64,000 nucleotides of DNA from a virus (Duplodnaviria; Caudoviricetes). A program made the translations under genes and the position numbers. Below, piece by piece: positions 19,959 to 30,600 of the stretch. The stretch is from IMG/VR virus record IMGVR_UViG_3300032300_000824, positions 1-64,000 of that record. The stretch is one strand, 5' to 3'. Every line of letters starts with the position of its first letter. Within the stretch, counting starts at the first letter, position 1. The notes beneath the pieces were generated by a model, which was not told the DNA's origin, searched no databases, and worked only from the letters and a program-made list of their open reading frames with translations.

Positions 19959-22900
19959 TAGATCCATCTATAGATCCAACACTTATTTATATTATATCTA
20001 ATAATAGGCAAAATTTACATACTATTAATATTAGAAATCAAATAGACGATATCAACACTAGCGGAATATCTGAAGTTGTAACTGTTAACGGTACTAGATG
20101 GGTTGCTAATAGAATAAGAGATGTAATTGTCTTTAAAAACAATATTCTTGTTGGAGGAGATTTTGGTCTCAAAAGATGGAATTTTTCAACAAGGTTATGG
20201 GAAAAATATGTTACATTTACTGGGGGAATAACTAGTTCAATATCAAAAGGACTATTTCCTAATAGTGTTTTTAAATTAAGAGTATATAATAATAGACTTT
20301 ATATTTTTGGAAATTTTATCAATAGTTTAATTGGACAGTCTCAGTCTTCTGTTGTGTCTAAATATATATCTGTATCTGACGGATTATCTTTTTATCCTGT
20401 TCTTGGTACCGATAAGTTGCCATTAATCAATATAGCCGGAGACGGACTAGTTCCAAAGTCTGATGCTGTATTGACCGCAAATGACGAAATTGTTTCTATG
20501 TATATAGCAAAAGACAATATTTGCATAGTAGACAAGGGATTCTTTAGTGGAAAACCGAGTAAAGTTAGAAATTATTCTTCGGTAGAGTCTATGACAGATA
20601 TTTCCAATAATGGTTCTACTAATATTTATTTATTATCAAATAATTCTACAGCAATATCTACAGTAGGAGTAAACGGAGATATTATTAACGATTATCAGGT
20701 TGGTGATTCTGTATTTTTTGTTGGAGCATCAAAAAGAACTTTATTGGGATCATCAAAATATTATTTTCAAAATGTTCTAACAGAACTTGATCTTGCTAGT
20801 AAAACCATAACTAGAGGATATGACATAGTAAACGATAATATAGCCACATCTGTGTTACAAAATCAATTGATTAACTATAAATCAACATATGATAATCTAA
20901 CAGACGGTAAAAGTAAATTAATAAGCAGGTTTGATCTAAATAATACTACAAAATTCACCAAAGTACATAATGGAATATCTTCTTTTGGAGGTTTGTCTAG
21001 TGGTACTGGAGATCCAAGACTTAATCAAAGATATTCAGAAACCCGTTGTGCTGTTTTGCTAGATGATACCAAAAATGTATGGTTTCTAAAATCTCCGGAC
21101 TTAGAAGAGATAACAGGATCCACAACAGAAAAATACTCAAACACTTATGCAGTACCATTATCTCAACAGATTGAATATCCGGACGGATTAATTAAGTTTG
21201 ATCTTAACTATGGGGGATTAGCTCTTAATGGAAAGATTAAAGATGTTGTTCTGGGACTAAACACCATAGCTATTTTAACAGAAGACGGTGAAATATTTAT
21301 GTGGGGAACAAATACCCACGGTCAATTAGGAAATAATATTCCTATTGGAAACGGAACAGATACTCCCATTAAAATTCCTAGTCCAGATGATAATCCCTCA
21401 GAGTATGAGAAAATATACGTTTGCAATAATACATACTACGCAATTAGAAAAGATAAAACACTATATGGGTGGGGTGAAAATAAAATAGAAATTTATTTAG
21501 ATGACTCAATAAATATTATAGGAATGATACCAGGAGTCTCCTCTTCTAAAGTTTTAAAACCAACAATAGTAACAGTTGGAATCAATAGTAATAATCCTCT
21601 AATAAGAACAGGATTTGATATTGTTGATGATTCTATAGGAAACTATTGGTCTGATATTTCTATTGGACCATACAGTGTTTATGGTATAGATATCAATGGA
21701 TTACTTTATCATTGGGGAGGACTATCTTCTTCGTCTATAGTGACTGGTGCTCCAGTTTCTAGTCCTGCTTTATCTTTAGATACTAAATCTACAGCTTATC
21801 CTATAGCACTATCTCCAGACGGAGCAATAACAACTGATCCAACACTACTAGGATGTCCAGCGTATAAAAATGACTCGACTCCAATTGTTGGAGACAAGGG
21901 CAAATTTATTAGTATCGCTCACGATAATTATTTGACAAGAGACAGTATACTACCGTCAGGATCAAGAATTTTCGACTGCTCAATAGTAATATATACCTAT
22001 GAGCTTGATGGTAAAACATATACGAATATCTGGTATAAAAATTTAATAGACAAAGACGTTGAATCTTCAGCCGACTATATACAACAGTCTGGAATTAATG
22101 GATCAATAGGACAAACGCTAAAATCTCCAAATATATATAGTAAGAATTTAAATTACGATAATGGATATGTTAAGATAAAATTAAAACTTAGATTTATAGA
22201 TCAAAATAAAACAACCTCAGCCGGAGTACCTTCGACCACATCTATAAATTATACTCCAATTAGAATAGTTTGTATAGACTCTAAGAATAATTTAGGAATA
22301 GATTCTGGAATAAAAGCTAAGTGGGATTACTTTGCTAAGTCTAAAAAATGGATAGATGCTAATGAATATTACGCAATAGATTCTTCTGGAGAATTGTATA
22401 TTCTTCCATATGGTGGTTATTCGGGAGTTGCTGGCTCTAGAGATTTTAGATACATTTTTGTTTCCAAGTATCGTTTAGAGAATTACTCGAAAATAACAGA
22501 TCTTCCAGACGGAATTGTTAGCAGTATGATTATAGATCAAAATAGACTGTTATTAGGTGGACATTTTCCACAAGGAAATTTAAATTATTCAGATAAAAAT
22601 CTGTTTGTATATGATATAGGAACATCAAGTATTTTAAATCTAGATATTCCTTTTGATTCTTTAATATCTTCTAATCCAATAAATAATTTAATTTCTCTTT
22701 TAAATAGGTCCCCATTAGATCCTCTTCCTACACCAACCCCAACACCTAGTTTTACTCCTACGAACACAACTACTCCAAGCAATACTCCTACAACTAGTTA
22801 TAGTGCTACTCCTACTCCAACAAGAACACAAACTAGAACTCCTAGTCCAACCGTTAGCCAGAGTTCAACTAATACTCCTACTCCAACAGAGACCCCAGGA

Positions 22901-23173
22901 GAAACTCCAACACAGACCCCAACACTCACTATTACTCCAACAAACACAAGAACTCCATCAAGAACACCTAGTCAGACACCATCTGTAACAGCTAGTAAAA
23001 CAGGAACTCCGACCCCGACACAAACTAATACTCCAACAAATAGTCAAACCAGATTACCATCTTGGAGAACTAATGGACAAGAAGCTTCTTTTGAAGATAT
23101 TCAAAACGGAGCAATAAGAATAGACTGTGATTGTTTAGCAAATGAATTTGCTACAAGAAATTCTGAACCGTAG
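19955..23173 (+). CDS. Beta-propeller/RCC1-repeat protein with C-terminal T/P stalk
   Basis: ILTEDGEIFMWGTNTHGQLG, AIRKDKTLYGWGEN; NILVGGDF, RLYIFGNF, RLLLGGHF blades; ATGA overlap with previous gene. Confidence 0.75.
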   Translation: MIDPSIDPTLIYIISNNRQNLHTINIRNQIDDINTSGISEVVTVNGTRWVANRIRDVIVFKNNILVGGDFGLKRWNFSTRLWEKYVTFTGGITSSISKGLFPNSVFKLRVYNNRLYIFGNFINSLIGQSQSSVVSKYISVSDGLSFYPVLGTDKLPLINIAGDGLVPKSDAVLTANDEIVSMYIAKDNICIVDKGFFSGKPSKVRNYSSVESMTDISNNGSTNIYLLSNNSTAISTVGVNGDIINDYQVGDSVFFVGASKRTLLGSSKYYFQNVLTELDLASKTITRGYDIVNDNIATSVLQNQLINYKSTYDNLTDGKSKLISRFDLNNTTKFTKVHNGISSFGGLSSGTGDPRLNQRYSETRCAVLLDDTKNVWFLKSPDLEEITGSTTEKYSNTYAVPLSQQIEYPDGLIKFDLNYGGLALNGKIKDVVLGLNTIAILTEDGEIFMWGTNTHGQLGNNIPIGNGTDTPIKIPSPDDNPSEYEKIYVCNNTYYAIRKDKTLYGWGENKIEIYLDDSINIIGMIPGVSSSKVLKPTIVTVGINSNNPLIRTGFDIVDDSIGNYWSDISIGPYSVYGIDINGLLYHWGGLSSSSIVTGAPVSSPALSLDTKSTAYPIALSPDGAITTDPTLLGCPAYKNDSTPIVGDKGKFISIAHDNYLTRDSILPSGSRIFDCSIVIYTYELDGKTYTNIWYKNLIDKDVESSADYIQQSGINGSIGQTLKSPNIYSKNLNYDNGYVKIKLKLRFIDQNKTTSAGVPSTTSINYTPIRIVCIDSKNNLGIDSGIKAKWDYFAKSKKWIDANEYYAIDSSGELYILPYGGYSGVAGSRDFRYIFVSKYRLENYSKITDLPDGIVSSMIIDQNRLLLGGHFPQGNLNYSDKNLFVYDIGTSSILNLDIPFDSLISSNPINNLISLLNRSPLDPLPTPTPTPSFTPTNTTTPSNTPTTSYSATPTPTRTQTRTPSPTVSQSSTNTPTPTETPGETPTQTPTLTITPTNTRTPSRTPSQTPSVTASKTGTPTPTQTNTPTNSQTRLPSWRTNGQEASFEDIQNGAIRIDCDCLANEFATRNSEP

Positions 23174-23208
23174 TAATGGTGTACTAAATCAATAAAGGGA
23201 TATATATT

Positions 23209-23796
23209 ATGGCTAATTTTAAAGTTAATTTTGTAAGCACCAACAACTCACTGTCTTTGACTAAGTGTTGCTGTCCCAATATAGTTAACGTTGTATGTTC
23301 TGATATGGAACTGGCCAAAGAATATAGCGTATACTTTGATGACACTAGCTCGTACAGAGCACAGGTTTTTCCGGCTAAATATACCTTTATTGCAGAAGGT
23401 AGATTGACAGGATTCAAGATACTCAATAAGGGTTTAGGCTACGACTCTGCTCCAACAGTAGTTATTAGCGGAGGAGGAGCAAGAATTAACGCAACAGCAG
23501 TAGCAAAAATTTCTGAAATCACATTGTCTAATGGCATAAAAACTAAGGTTGTTTCAGAAATACAAATAACCAATCCTGGATCTGGTTATACTAGTTTGCC
23601 ATTAGTAACTATTTTCGGAGGAGGAGGAGCAGATGCTTCTGTACTACCAATCATAGGAGATGTTATTAAAAATTTATCCTTCTTTGTTGCTTTTGGTTGT
23701 GATGATAAAAAAATGCCAATACCCACACCATATCCAAGCAATACTCCAACAATAACCCCAACAAATACTGTTACTCCAACACCAACAAGACCCTAA
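23209..23796 (+). CDS. Structural protein with GSGYT..P.V.I-type repeats
   Basis: NKGLGYDSAPTVVISGGG and TNPGSGYTSLPLVTIFGGG, a repeat type common in structural proteins of large myoviruses; short T/P tail. Confidence 0.65.
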   Translation: MANFKVNFVSTNNSLSLTKCCCPNIVNVVCSDMELAKEYSVYFDDTSSYRAQVFPAKYTFIAEGRLTGFKILNKGLGYDSAPTVVISGGGARINATAVAKISEITLSNGIKTKVVSEIQITNPGSGYTSLPLVTIFGGGGADASVLPIIGDVIKNLSFFVAFGCDDKKMPIPTPYPSNTPTITPTNTVTPTPTRP

Positions 23797-23838
23797 TTAT
23801 CTATTGATTTTTGATTTAAGATTTTTTAAGAGGACAAA

Positions 23839-25677
23839 ATGCCGCCACCAGGAACGATAATAAATCCCAGAGGAGGATCTAACAGTGCTTGTATAGATGT
23901 TAGATTTGCCCACAGTGGTTTGAATTATGATCTCAAATTAGGGGCTGCTCCGTTAGTTACTATTAATAGAGAATTTCTACAAGACGGAGCCGGAACTTTT
24001 ATTGGAATCAATAATAAGATCAATCTTTCTGGACAAATTCGTCCTAGTGGTACTCAGCTTGGTTTTACGGAGCTTATGAAAAGAGAAGATAGATTAAGAA
24101 GACTATTTTCTTATGGTGCTGGGGATTTTGAAATAACTAAAGAAGGTACTCCTATTTTTAGTGGAGCAAACGCTAAGGTTGTATCTTATAGTACTGAAAA
24201 AAGTGATAATAATTGGGTTATGAGTCTAGGTTATTCCGTTGACCTAGAGTTCTACGAGCCAGTGGTTAATCCGGGCGGTTCTTATTCATATAGGGTATCT
24301 AGCGTTAATGAAGGATGGTCATTAGAGCCAATAGACGAAGACATATACTCCCTTATTGCAACACCAGCATCTGATCCAGACCCTGATTCTAACGGAGGAC
24401 AGACCGAAATCAAAAATACTCCTCAGTTTAGACTAACTCGCAAATTATCCGCTGTAGGTGTTGCAAATAGCGGGTTTTATTCGCATTTTGATAAAGCTAG
24501 AAATAACGATTCTGAATATAATTTTAGAACTATTACAGGAGGGCAGACTCCGGGAAACGATGCATATTTACAAGCTAAAAAATGGGTAGATGATAGGTTA
24601 AAATTGCCGTTTGACACTACCGAAAATGCTAGTGCTAGATATACTACAATGTTAAGTAATAGTACGTCTAGTTTTGGTAGCATGTTTGCTAGTTTTAGTA
24701 ATTTGTATTTGTATAATCATACTAGAAATATAAATTATAGTATAACTGAAGGAAGCTATGATATTAGTGATAGTTGGTTAGCTTTGCCAACAGCTGTTAG
24801 GTTTACAGAAGATTTTAGTATTGAAACTTCCACGGATAATAAAAATATTCGATCAGTTAGAGTACAAGGAACTATTAATGGTCTTCAGATTACTAATGGG
24901 AATTTATATGCTACTGGAGTAAAAGTTCCATATAGTGGAGACGGAACAATAGCACTAACCGGATATAATATTAACGGAGAAGCTCATGAGAATATTGTTG
25001 GAGAAAAATATAACAATGCTGTTTCTGGGTGGATTTATGATGTTAAGCCAGCTCTTTATAAAAGGGCCTGTTTAGCTATTAATAGTAGTGATAGAACACA
25101 ACCATGGTATCAATCAACTCCAGGATTATTGCCACCGGGTAATCCAGCTTTTAGACAAGAGAATGCTCTTAACTATATTCCAATATCTACTTCTGAAACT
25201 CATGATATTTTTAATGGAACTGTTGGATATAGTTTTGAATATAATAATGTTATTAAAATTATAAGTGGAGTAATATCAGAATCATATAAAATAAACACAA
25301 CTGGTCCTGCAGATCAAATTGCTGAAGTATTCGTGCTAAATAGACCACTCGGTCCAATACTACAAAATTTAGCTACAAAAACTAGTACTACTAAGAGTAT
25401 TGAGATAGAATTAGTGGTGGTTCCTCCTACGAGTATAGCAGGATTTTCTTTTGATGACTCTGAATGCCCTGTGGGTTATAATACTTATATATTTGGTCAG
25501 TGTGAAGCATTTATCAATGCTCAAATGCCACTATCAACAGAAACAACCGGTAGAATTGTTATTAAGAAGAATGATACTTATGGTTGGAGTCCAACAGACG
25601 GAAGATTTACTAGAAATGTTGAATGGTTATATCAGCCTTGTGTTAAAGATGGTCATCCTTATCAATTTTTGAAATAA
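23839..25677 (+). CDS. Putative tail/baseplate structural protein, paralogue A
   Basis: 612 aa, AGGA RBS; collinear with next gene (REFLQDGAG/REFLRDGAG, PQFRLTRKLSAVGV, NDAYLQAKKW, LPPGNPAFR); internal repetition. Function inferred from context. Confidence 0.55.
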   Translation: MPPPGTIINPRGGSNSACIDVRFAHSGLNYDLKLGAAPLVTINREFLQDGAGTFIGINNKINLSGQIRPSGTQLGFTELMKREDRLRRLFSYGAGDFEITKEGTPIFSGANAKVVSYSTEKSDNNWVMSLGYSVDLEFYEPVVNPGGSYSYRVSSVNEGWSLEPIDEDIYSLIATPASDPDPDSNGGQTEIKNTPQFRLTRKLSAVGVANSGFYSHFDKARNNDSEYNFRTITGGQTPGNDAYLQAKKWVDDRLKLPFDTTENASARYTTMLSNSTSSFGSMFASFSNLYLYNHTRNINYSITEGSYDISDSWLALPTAVRFTEDFSIETSTDNKNIRSVRVQGTINGLQITNGNLYATGVKVPYSGDGTIALTGYNINGEAHENIVGEKYNNAVSGWIYDVKPALYKRACLAINSSDRTQPWYQSTPGLLPPGNPAFRQENALNYIPISTSETHDIFNGTVGYSFEYNNVIKIISGVISESYKINTTGPADQIAEVFVLNRPLGPILQNLATKTSTTKSIEIELVVVPPTSIAGFSFDDSECPVGYNTYIFGQCEAFINAQMPLSTETTGRIVIKKNDTYGWSPTDGRFTRNVEWLYQPCVKDGHPYQFLK

Positions 25678-25681
25678 TTTT

Positions 25682-27661
25682 ATGATAGCACCACTAATAC
25701 CATCAGTTTCAGATAACGACATAAGTATTTTAGCATTGCTCGACAACAATGACGGAACAGGTTCTAAAAGAGATGAAGAGCTTGATATTTATTTTTGTGG
25801 GAGTGGTTTTAATACTGACTTAGAACTAGGTCCGGTTCCTTTAATGACAATTAGTAGAGAATTTCTAAGAGATGGCGCTGGATCTTATCTTGGAGTTAAT
25901 AATAAGATTAATTTAACTGGTAAAATTTATAATAGTGGTGTTCCGGGATTAAGCCACATAATTGATAGAGAAAAAACCCTAAGAGACTTAATTAAAACTG
26001 GGGTTGGTGATCTGGAAGTTAAAAATACAGCTACTGGAGATAATATATTTACTGGATCAGTAGGTAATTCAGATTTTGGTAAAAATGCAAGAATTACTAA
26101 TTATAGTATTGATAAAACTTCAGATTATTGGGTATATAGTGCAGACTATTCTATAGATCTTGTTTATTATGAGCCTATTGCCCCTAACAAGGGCTCAAAA
26201 TATAGAGTAAGTAGTATTAATGAAAGTTGGTCTTTGGAACCAATTGGAGAATTAGTTTATCTTGCTCTTACCAAGGGGGTTTCAAAAAGAACCGAATCTG
26301 AACCAACAGCAGCAACAACGATGAGTTCTGTTATGGTTACGGGGCTGCCTCAATTTAGACTAACTCGAAAGCTGTCTGCGGTTGGTGTTAGAGATGTAAA
26401 TGCAGCGTCTCATGATCGTTCATCTAAAAACGAATATAATTTTCAGGGAATTACTCAAGAATCAAAAAATGATGCTTACTTACAAGCTAAAAAATGGATA
26501 GAAGATAGACTTAATCTTCCGTTTGAAAATACTAATAATCTGAAAGGAGACTATACATCAAAAATATCTACAGCCTATAATGTTAGTAGTTTTACAAATT
26601 TATTTGTTTGTAATCATACCCGATCTATTAATTATAGTATTACTGAAGGTTCATATGAAGTAAATGATAGCTGGTTAGCTTTACCTAGCGGAGTAAGACA
26701 TACAGAAGAATTTACTATAGAAAGTTCTACGGATGATAAATACGTAAAAACTGTTAAGGTTCAAGGATTAATAAAGGGTCTTCAAGTTACTAGTAACACC
26801 GTAGTCACTAGTAATACTAACATTCCTGATAGTACTGGAAAAATTAATCTGAACCAGTATAATACTGCTGGAGAAGGTGGTAATGTTGGAAATCCAAGCA
26901 AGGTTTTAAGTGGTGAAAAATACACAAATGCTCTTAAAGCATGGATAGAAGATATTAAGCCTAGTCTTTATACTAGAGCATGTTTAGCTTTAAGAAGTGA
27001 AGATAGAACACAAGATTATTATCCTTCTAATTACAATGGAGGAACATTGCCTCCTGGCAATCCTGCTTTCCGAAAAGAAAATTTGCTTAATATTATTCCA
27101 ATTTCCACATCAGAATCTCATGATACTTTAAAAGGTGCTCTAGGATACACTTTTGAATATAATAATGCCTTGAAAGTATTTAGCGGTGTTATTGCTGAAA
27201 GTGTTAGTATTAATGTTACCGGCCCCGGAGATCAAGCAGTAGAGTTATTTGTTCTTGGTAGACCACTTGGGCCAGTGCTGCAAAGTCTCGGAACAAAAAC
27301 CGCAACAACTAAAAGTGTTAATATCGAATTAGTTATCCCTCCTCCAACTACTAGTGCAGCATTTAATATGGCTAACTCTACTTGTCCAGTATGGACCGGA
27401 GGCTATATTTTTCAAACATGTGAAGCTATTATAGAAGGTCAAAAGCCTTTCGGTAAAAGATTTGGTACTGGGGCTAGTCTTCCAAATTCTCAAACTAAAG
27501 GTGCGTATCAGACAGCTCTTGGAGGATTTACTGGAGATGTTTATGTTAAGAGTGACACATATTCTTGGAGTCCGTCAGAAGGAAGATATACACGAAATAT
27601 AGAATGGGTATTTGAGAGAGCAAACACTAGCGATTTTAGTTACCTGAAACTAGGAGGATAA
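25682..27661 (+). CDS. Putative tail/baseplate structural protein, paralogue B
   Basis: 659 aa, full-length paralogue of 23839..25677. Confidence 0.55.
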   Translation: MIAPLIPSVSDNDISILALLDNNDGTGSKRDEELDIYFCGSGFNTDLELGPVPLMTISREFLRDGAGSYLGVNNKINLTGKIYNSGVPGLSHIIDREKTLRDLIKTGVGDLEVKNTATGDNIFTGSVGNSDFGKNARITNYSIDKTSDYWVYSADYSIDLVYYEPIAPNKGSKYRVSSINESWSLEPIGELVYLALTKGVSKRTESEPTAATTMSSVMVTGLPQFRLTRKLSAVGVRDVNAASHDRSSKNEYNFQGITQESKNDAYLQAKKWIEDRLNLPFENTNNLKGDYTSKISTAYNVSSFTNLFVCNHTRSINYSITEGSYEVNDSWLALPSGVRHTEEFTIESSTDDKYVKTVKVQGLIKGLQVTSNTVVTSNTNIPDSTGKINLNQYNTAGEGGNVGNPSKVLSGEKYTNALKAWIEDIKPSLYTRACLALRSEDRTQDYYPSNYNGGTLPPGNPAFRKENLLNIIPISTSESHDTLKGALGYTFEYNNALKVFSGVIAESVSINVTGPGDQAVELFVLGRPLGPVLQSLGTKTATTKSVNIELVIPPPTTSAAFNMANSTCPVWTGGYIFQTCEAIIEGQKPFGKRFGTGASLPNSQTKGAYQTALGGFTGDVYVKSDTYSWSPSEGRYTRNIEWVFERANTSDFSYLKLGG

Positions 27662-27663
27662 TA

Positions 27664-30600
27664 ATGTCATTAGCATATACAGGAACCAGTTCTTCTAATA
27701 GAACAGTACCGAAAAATTATACAAAAACAGCTCCGCAGACACTATTTTTGGGTTCTAGTGTAGCTAATTTTACTACAAATCTAGGATGGGGTGCTCAAGC
27801 TTCTTCTTTAAATGTTAGTTTAGTTAATGACACTTCTGTATGCTCTAGCGTAGCACAAATAAGTATGAACGGTTCTGCTGGTGGTGGTTTTACTAACGAT
27901 AATCATTATTATGATACTGACGATGGTGATGGTTTGTACGTAGGAAGAGATCCAAATAATGGTAGAGGAATTTTATATGGAAAGGTACATCATAAGTGGA
28001 GAAGTGATCAGGGAAAATTTGTTTCTAATTACCACAGAAATAAAGATTATGGATTTTTAGGGGTTAAAAATACATGGGGTGGACAAAATGATGGCTATGA
28101 TATTACTGGAACTCCTGTCTATTTTAGGGCTGGAGACTTTGAATATACTGGACTAATTAAAAACTGGGAAGTTTCTGCTGGTTCCGGAGGAGAAACAGCT
28201 TCTGTCACAATAGAAAGTCCAGCTTCATTGCTGGCTAATTCATATATTATAGTAGGAGATTATGCTGGATCTATATTTGCTAAATCTACTGCTAGTGCTA
28301 CTATCGGATCTCCAAGAAATTATTATAAAGACCAGGCAAATTATGACGGCAAGATTGAGCATGGTGCTATTCATAATCTTTTTAATGTTTTTGGTTTTTT
28401 AGAGTCTTTTAACTTTGGTTTTTCAGACGTTAATGAACAAGGTATTCCAATATCATACGTTATTAATGCTTTGTTGGTTCTAACAAGCGAAAAAGATAAA
28501 ACTGTATCCAAGGCTTTTACTCCTTTTCAAAGAATTATTGGAAGAGCAGCAATGACTTCCTCTCAAGCATTTTGTAATGATGACTTTTATACTGGATTAG
28601 GACTTTTGCCCGCAGTTTCAGATTCATCAGGAGGAAAAAGACACGAATATACTTTAGATCTTTCAGAACTGCCTCGACCTAATAATCTTTTAAGAGTTAA
28701 TGGTCCAGTATTAAGTATACTAGATTTAATTACCCAGGTATGTGATGCAACATCACGAGATTTTTTTATTGAGCTTTTGCCTACTTCTTATAATAATACA
28801 ATTATGCCTATTATAAAAGTAAGAACAGTTAATAGATTCTCTCAGCCGGCACCTAATCAAGTTCGTTCTGTTGTTAATAGTATGTTGGACACTTATAATG
28901 TTTGTAATGTAACCTATGGTCAAGAATCAGGAGAAGGTCTTAATAGAGCCATGCTTATAGGTGGACCTCAACAAAGATTGTATCAGGCAAAAAACTTTAG
29001 ATTAGCCTATACTCAATGTAATTATGTTTTAGATCCATCGGCAGTAAAGGTTGTGAATTTTTATACATATAATAGATCTAAGTATAGAACCCCTAGCTTT
29101 TTGTCAACAAGACTAGCAACAAATTCTAATTTAGTAGCTAGTGACTATAGTTGGTTGATCGCTGATGACGAGCTAATTAAAAAAAGAGTAGATGGAGATA
29201 GTTGGTCAACAACTTCGACTTCTACAGTTTTTCAAGATTCTAACAATGGACCAGGAACTGGAGGTTCTAATGGCAAAATAGTAGGTAATTATGCAGAGGA
29301 CAAGGAGTATGATCCTATTCCTCTATATACTGCGCCCCCTTCTCTTAATGGGGATCCTGTTAGTAATTCGAATGCCAGATGGCTACCCATGAGCTATGAC
29401 GTTATTTCTCCTTTTTTCGGATTTGAATTTGAAGAAAAAACAGCAGACACATCTGGACTTCCAGAAGAAAGTTTAAAAAGACCAAGGCAAGTTTATTTAG
29501 ATACATTTACCGGACAACAAGTAGTAGTTTTTGATATAAAAGAACTTCCTCCTTTAAGGAACGGAATAAGAACTTTATATTCAGGTAGTAAATTTTGTGT
29601 CACCGAAACAGAGATGAGAGCAGCAATGGCTGGCTTTGATAATCTTGTTTTATACTATGCTTCAAAAACATATAAGCCAGATCTTATTCTAATGTTACAG
29701 CAAACGTATATAGCCAACAGATTAGCTATTGTGTCTTCAAATGACGGCCCTATGACTATGGGTTCATGGGGTATGGTTGAAGATCAAAATGCTGCTGACA
29801 CAGAGGGTTTGTCTACCGAAGTTTTTGCTGATCAGGATGAAGAAGTAAATGTGACAAATCTACTCCTGTCTAAATCATTTACAGAAGACCTAATGAGTAT
29901 TCATGCTTTTATTAATGATATAGCTAGTAAATATTATGGAAAAGGATATTCTATAAAATTACCTGGAATTAAGGGCTATAGAGATTGGACTAGCGGAGGA
30001 AATCAGGTCATTGGTGAAGACTCTAATGGAAATGCAGTTTACGTTTGGGCAGGTTCTCCGAAAGTTTATTACGATTTTGAGGTTGCATCAGACGGAGCTT
30101 GGGAAGAACCAGGGAATTATATAGATGATAATATTGTTGTTGGTTCTGTTGATTCATATCATCTTATGGATGAAACTGGTAAAATTCAGCCTATTCTTGG
30201 ATATAATGCTTCTGATAATTTTGATCATACTGCACACAAAATATGCAGCGATAATACTCTTACTAATGCAGCATATAGATCAAGAAAAAATGCTCCTGTT
30301 TTTGGTATAGAGACTTATACTATGAAAGCTGTAGAATTTCAAGATTGTGATAATGCTAAATTTTATTATCCATCTATTGATCTTAGTAGTGTTTCAGAGG
30401 ACGTTCTTTTAGTAGACAATCAATATACTATTAATAATCCATATAGTGTTGGGTCTACTATTCCTCCTGGAAATGGTCGTAAGGCATATATCAAGGCTAC
30501 TGTTAGACCAGATTTTTACTTTAGTAATGCTAATACATTAAGCGATCCAAGAGTAATAATAGATTCTCCTGGTATCTTTTTAAACAGCAGTAGCCTGGAG

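Noticed and set aside
60-22782. Many minus-strand V/G-rich or W/C/R-rich ORFs (e.g. 60..257, 1197..1625, 11751..12005, 15389..15727, 16331..16615)
   Set aside because: They are antisense shadows of ACN-CCN (Thr-Pro) codon runs, which lack stops on the reverse strand; no independent RBS or domain signal.
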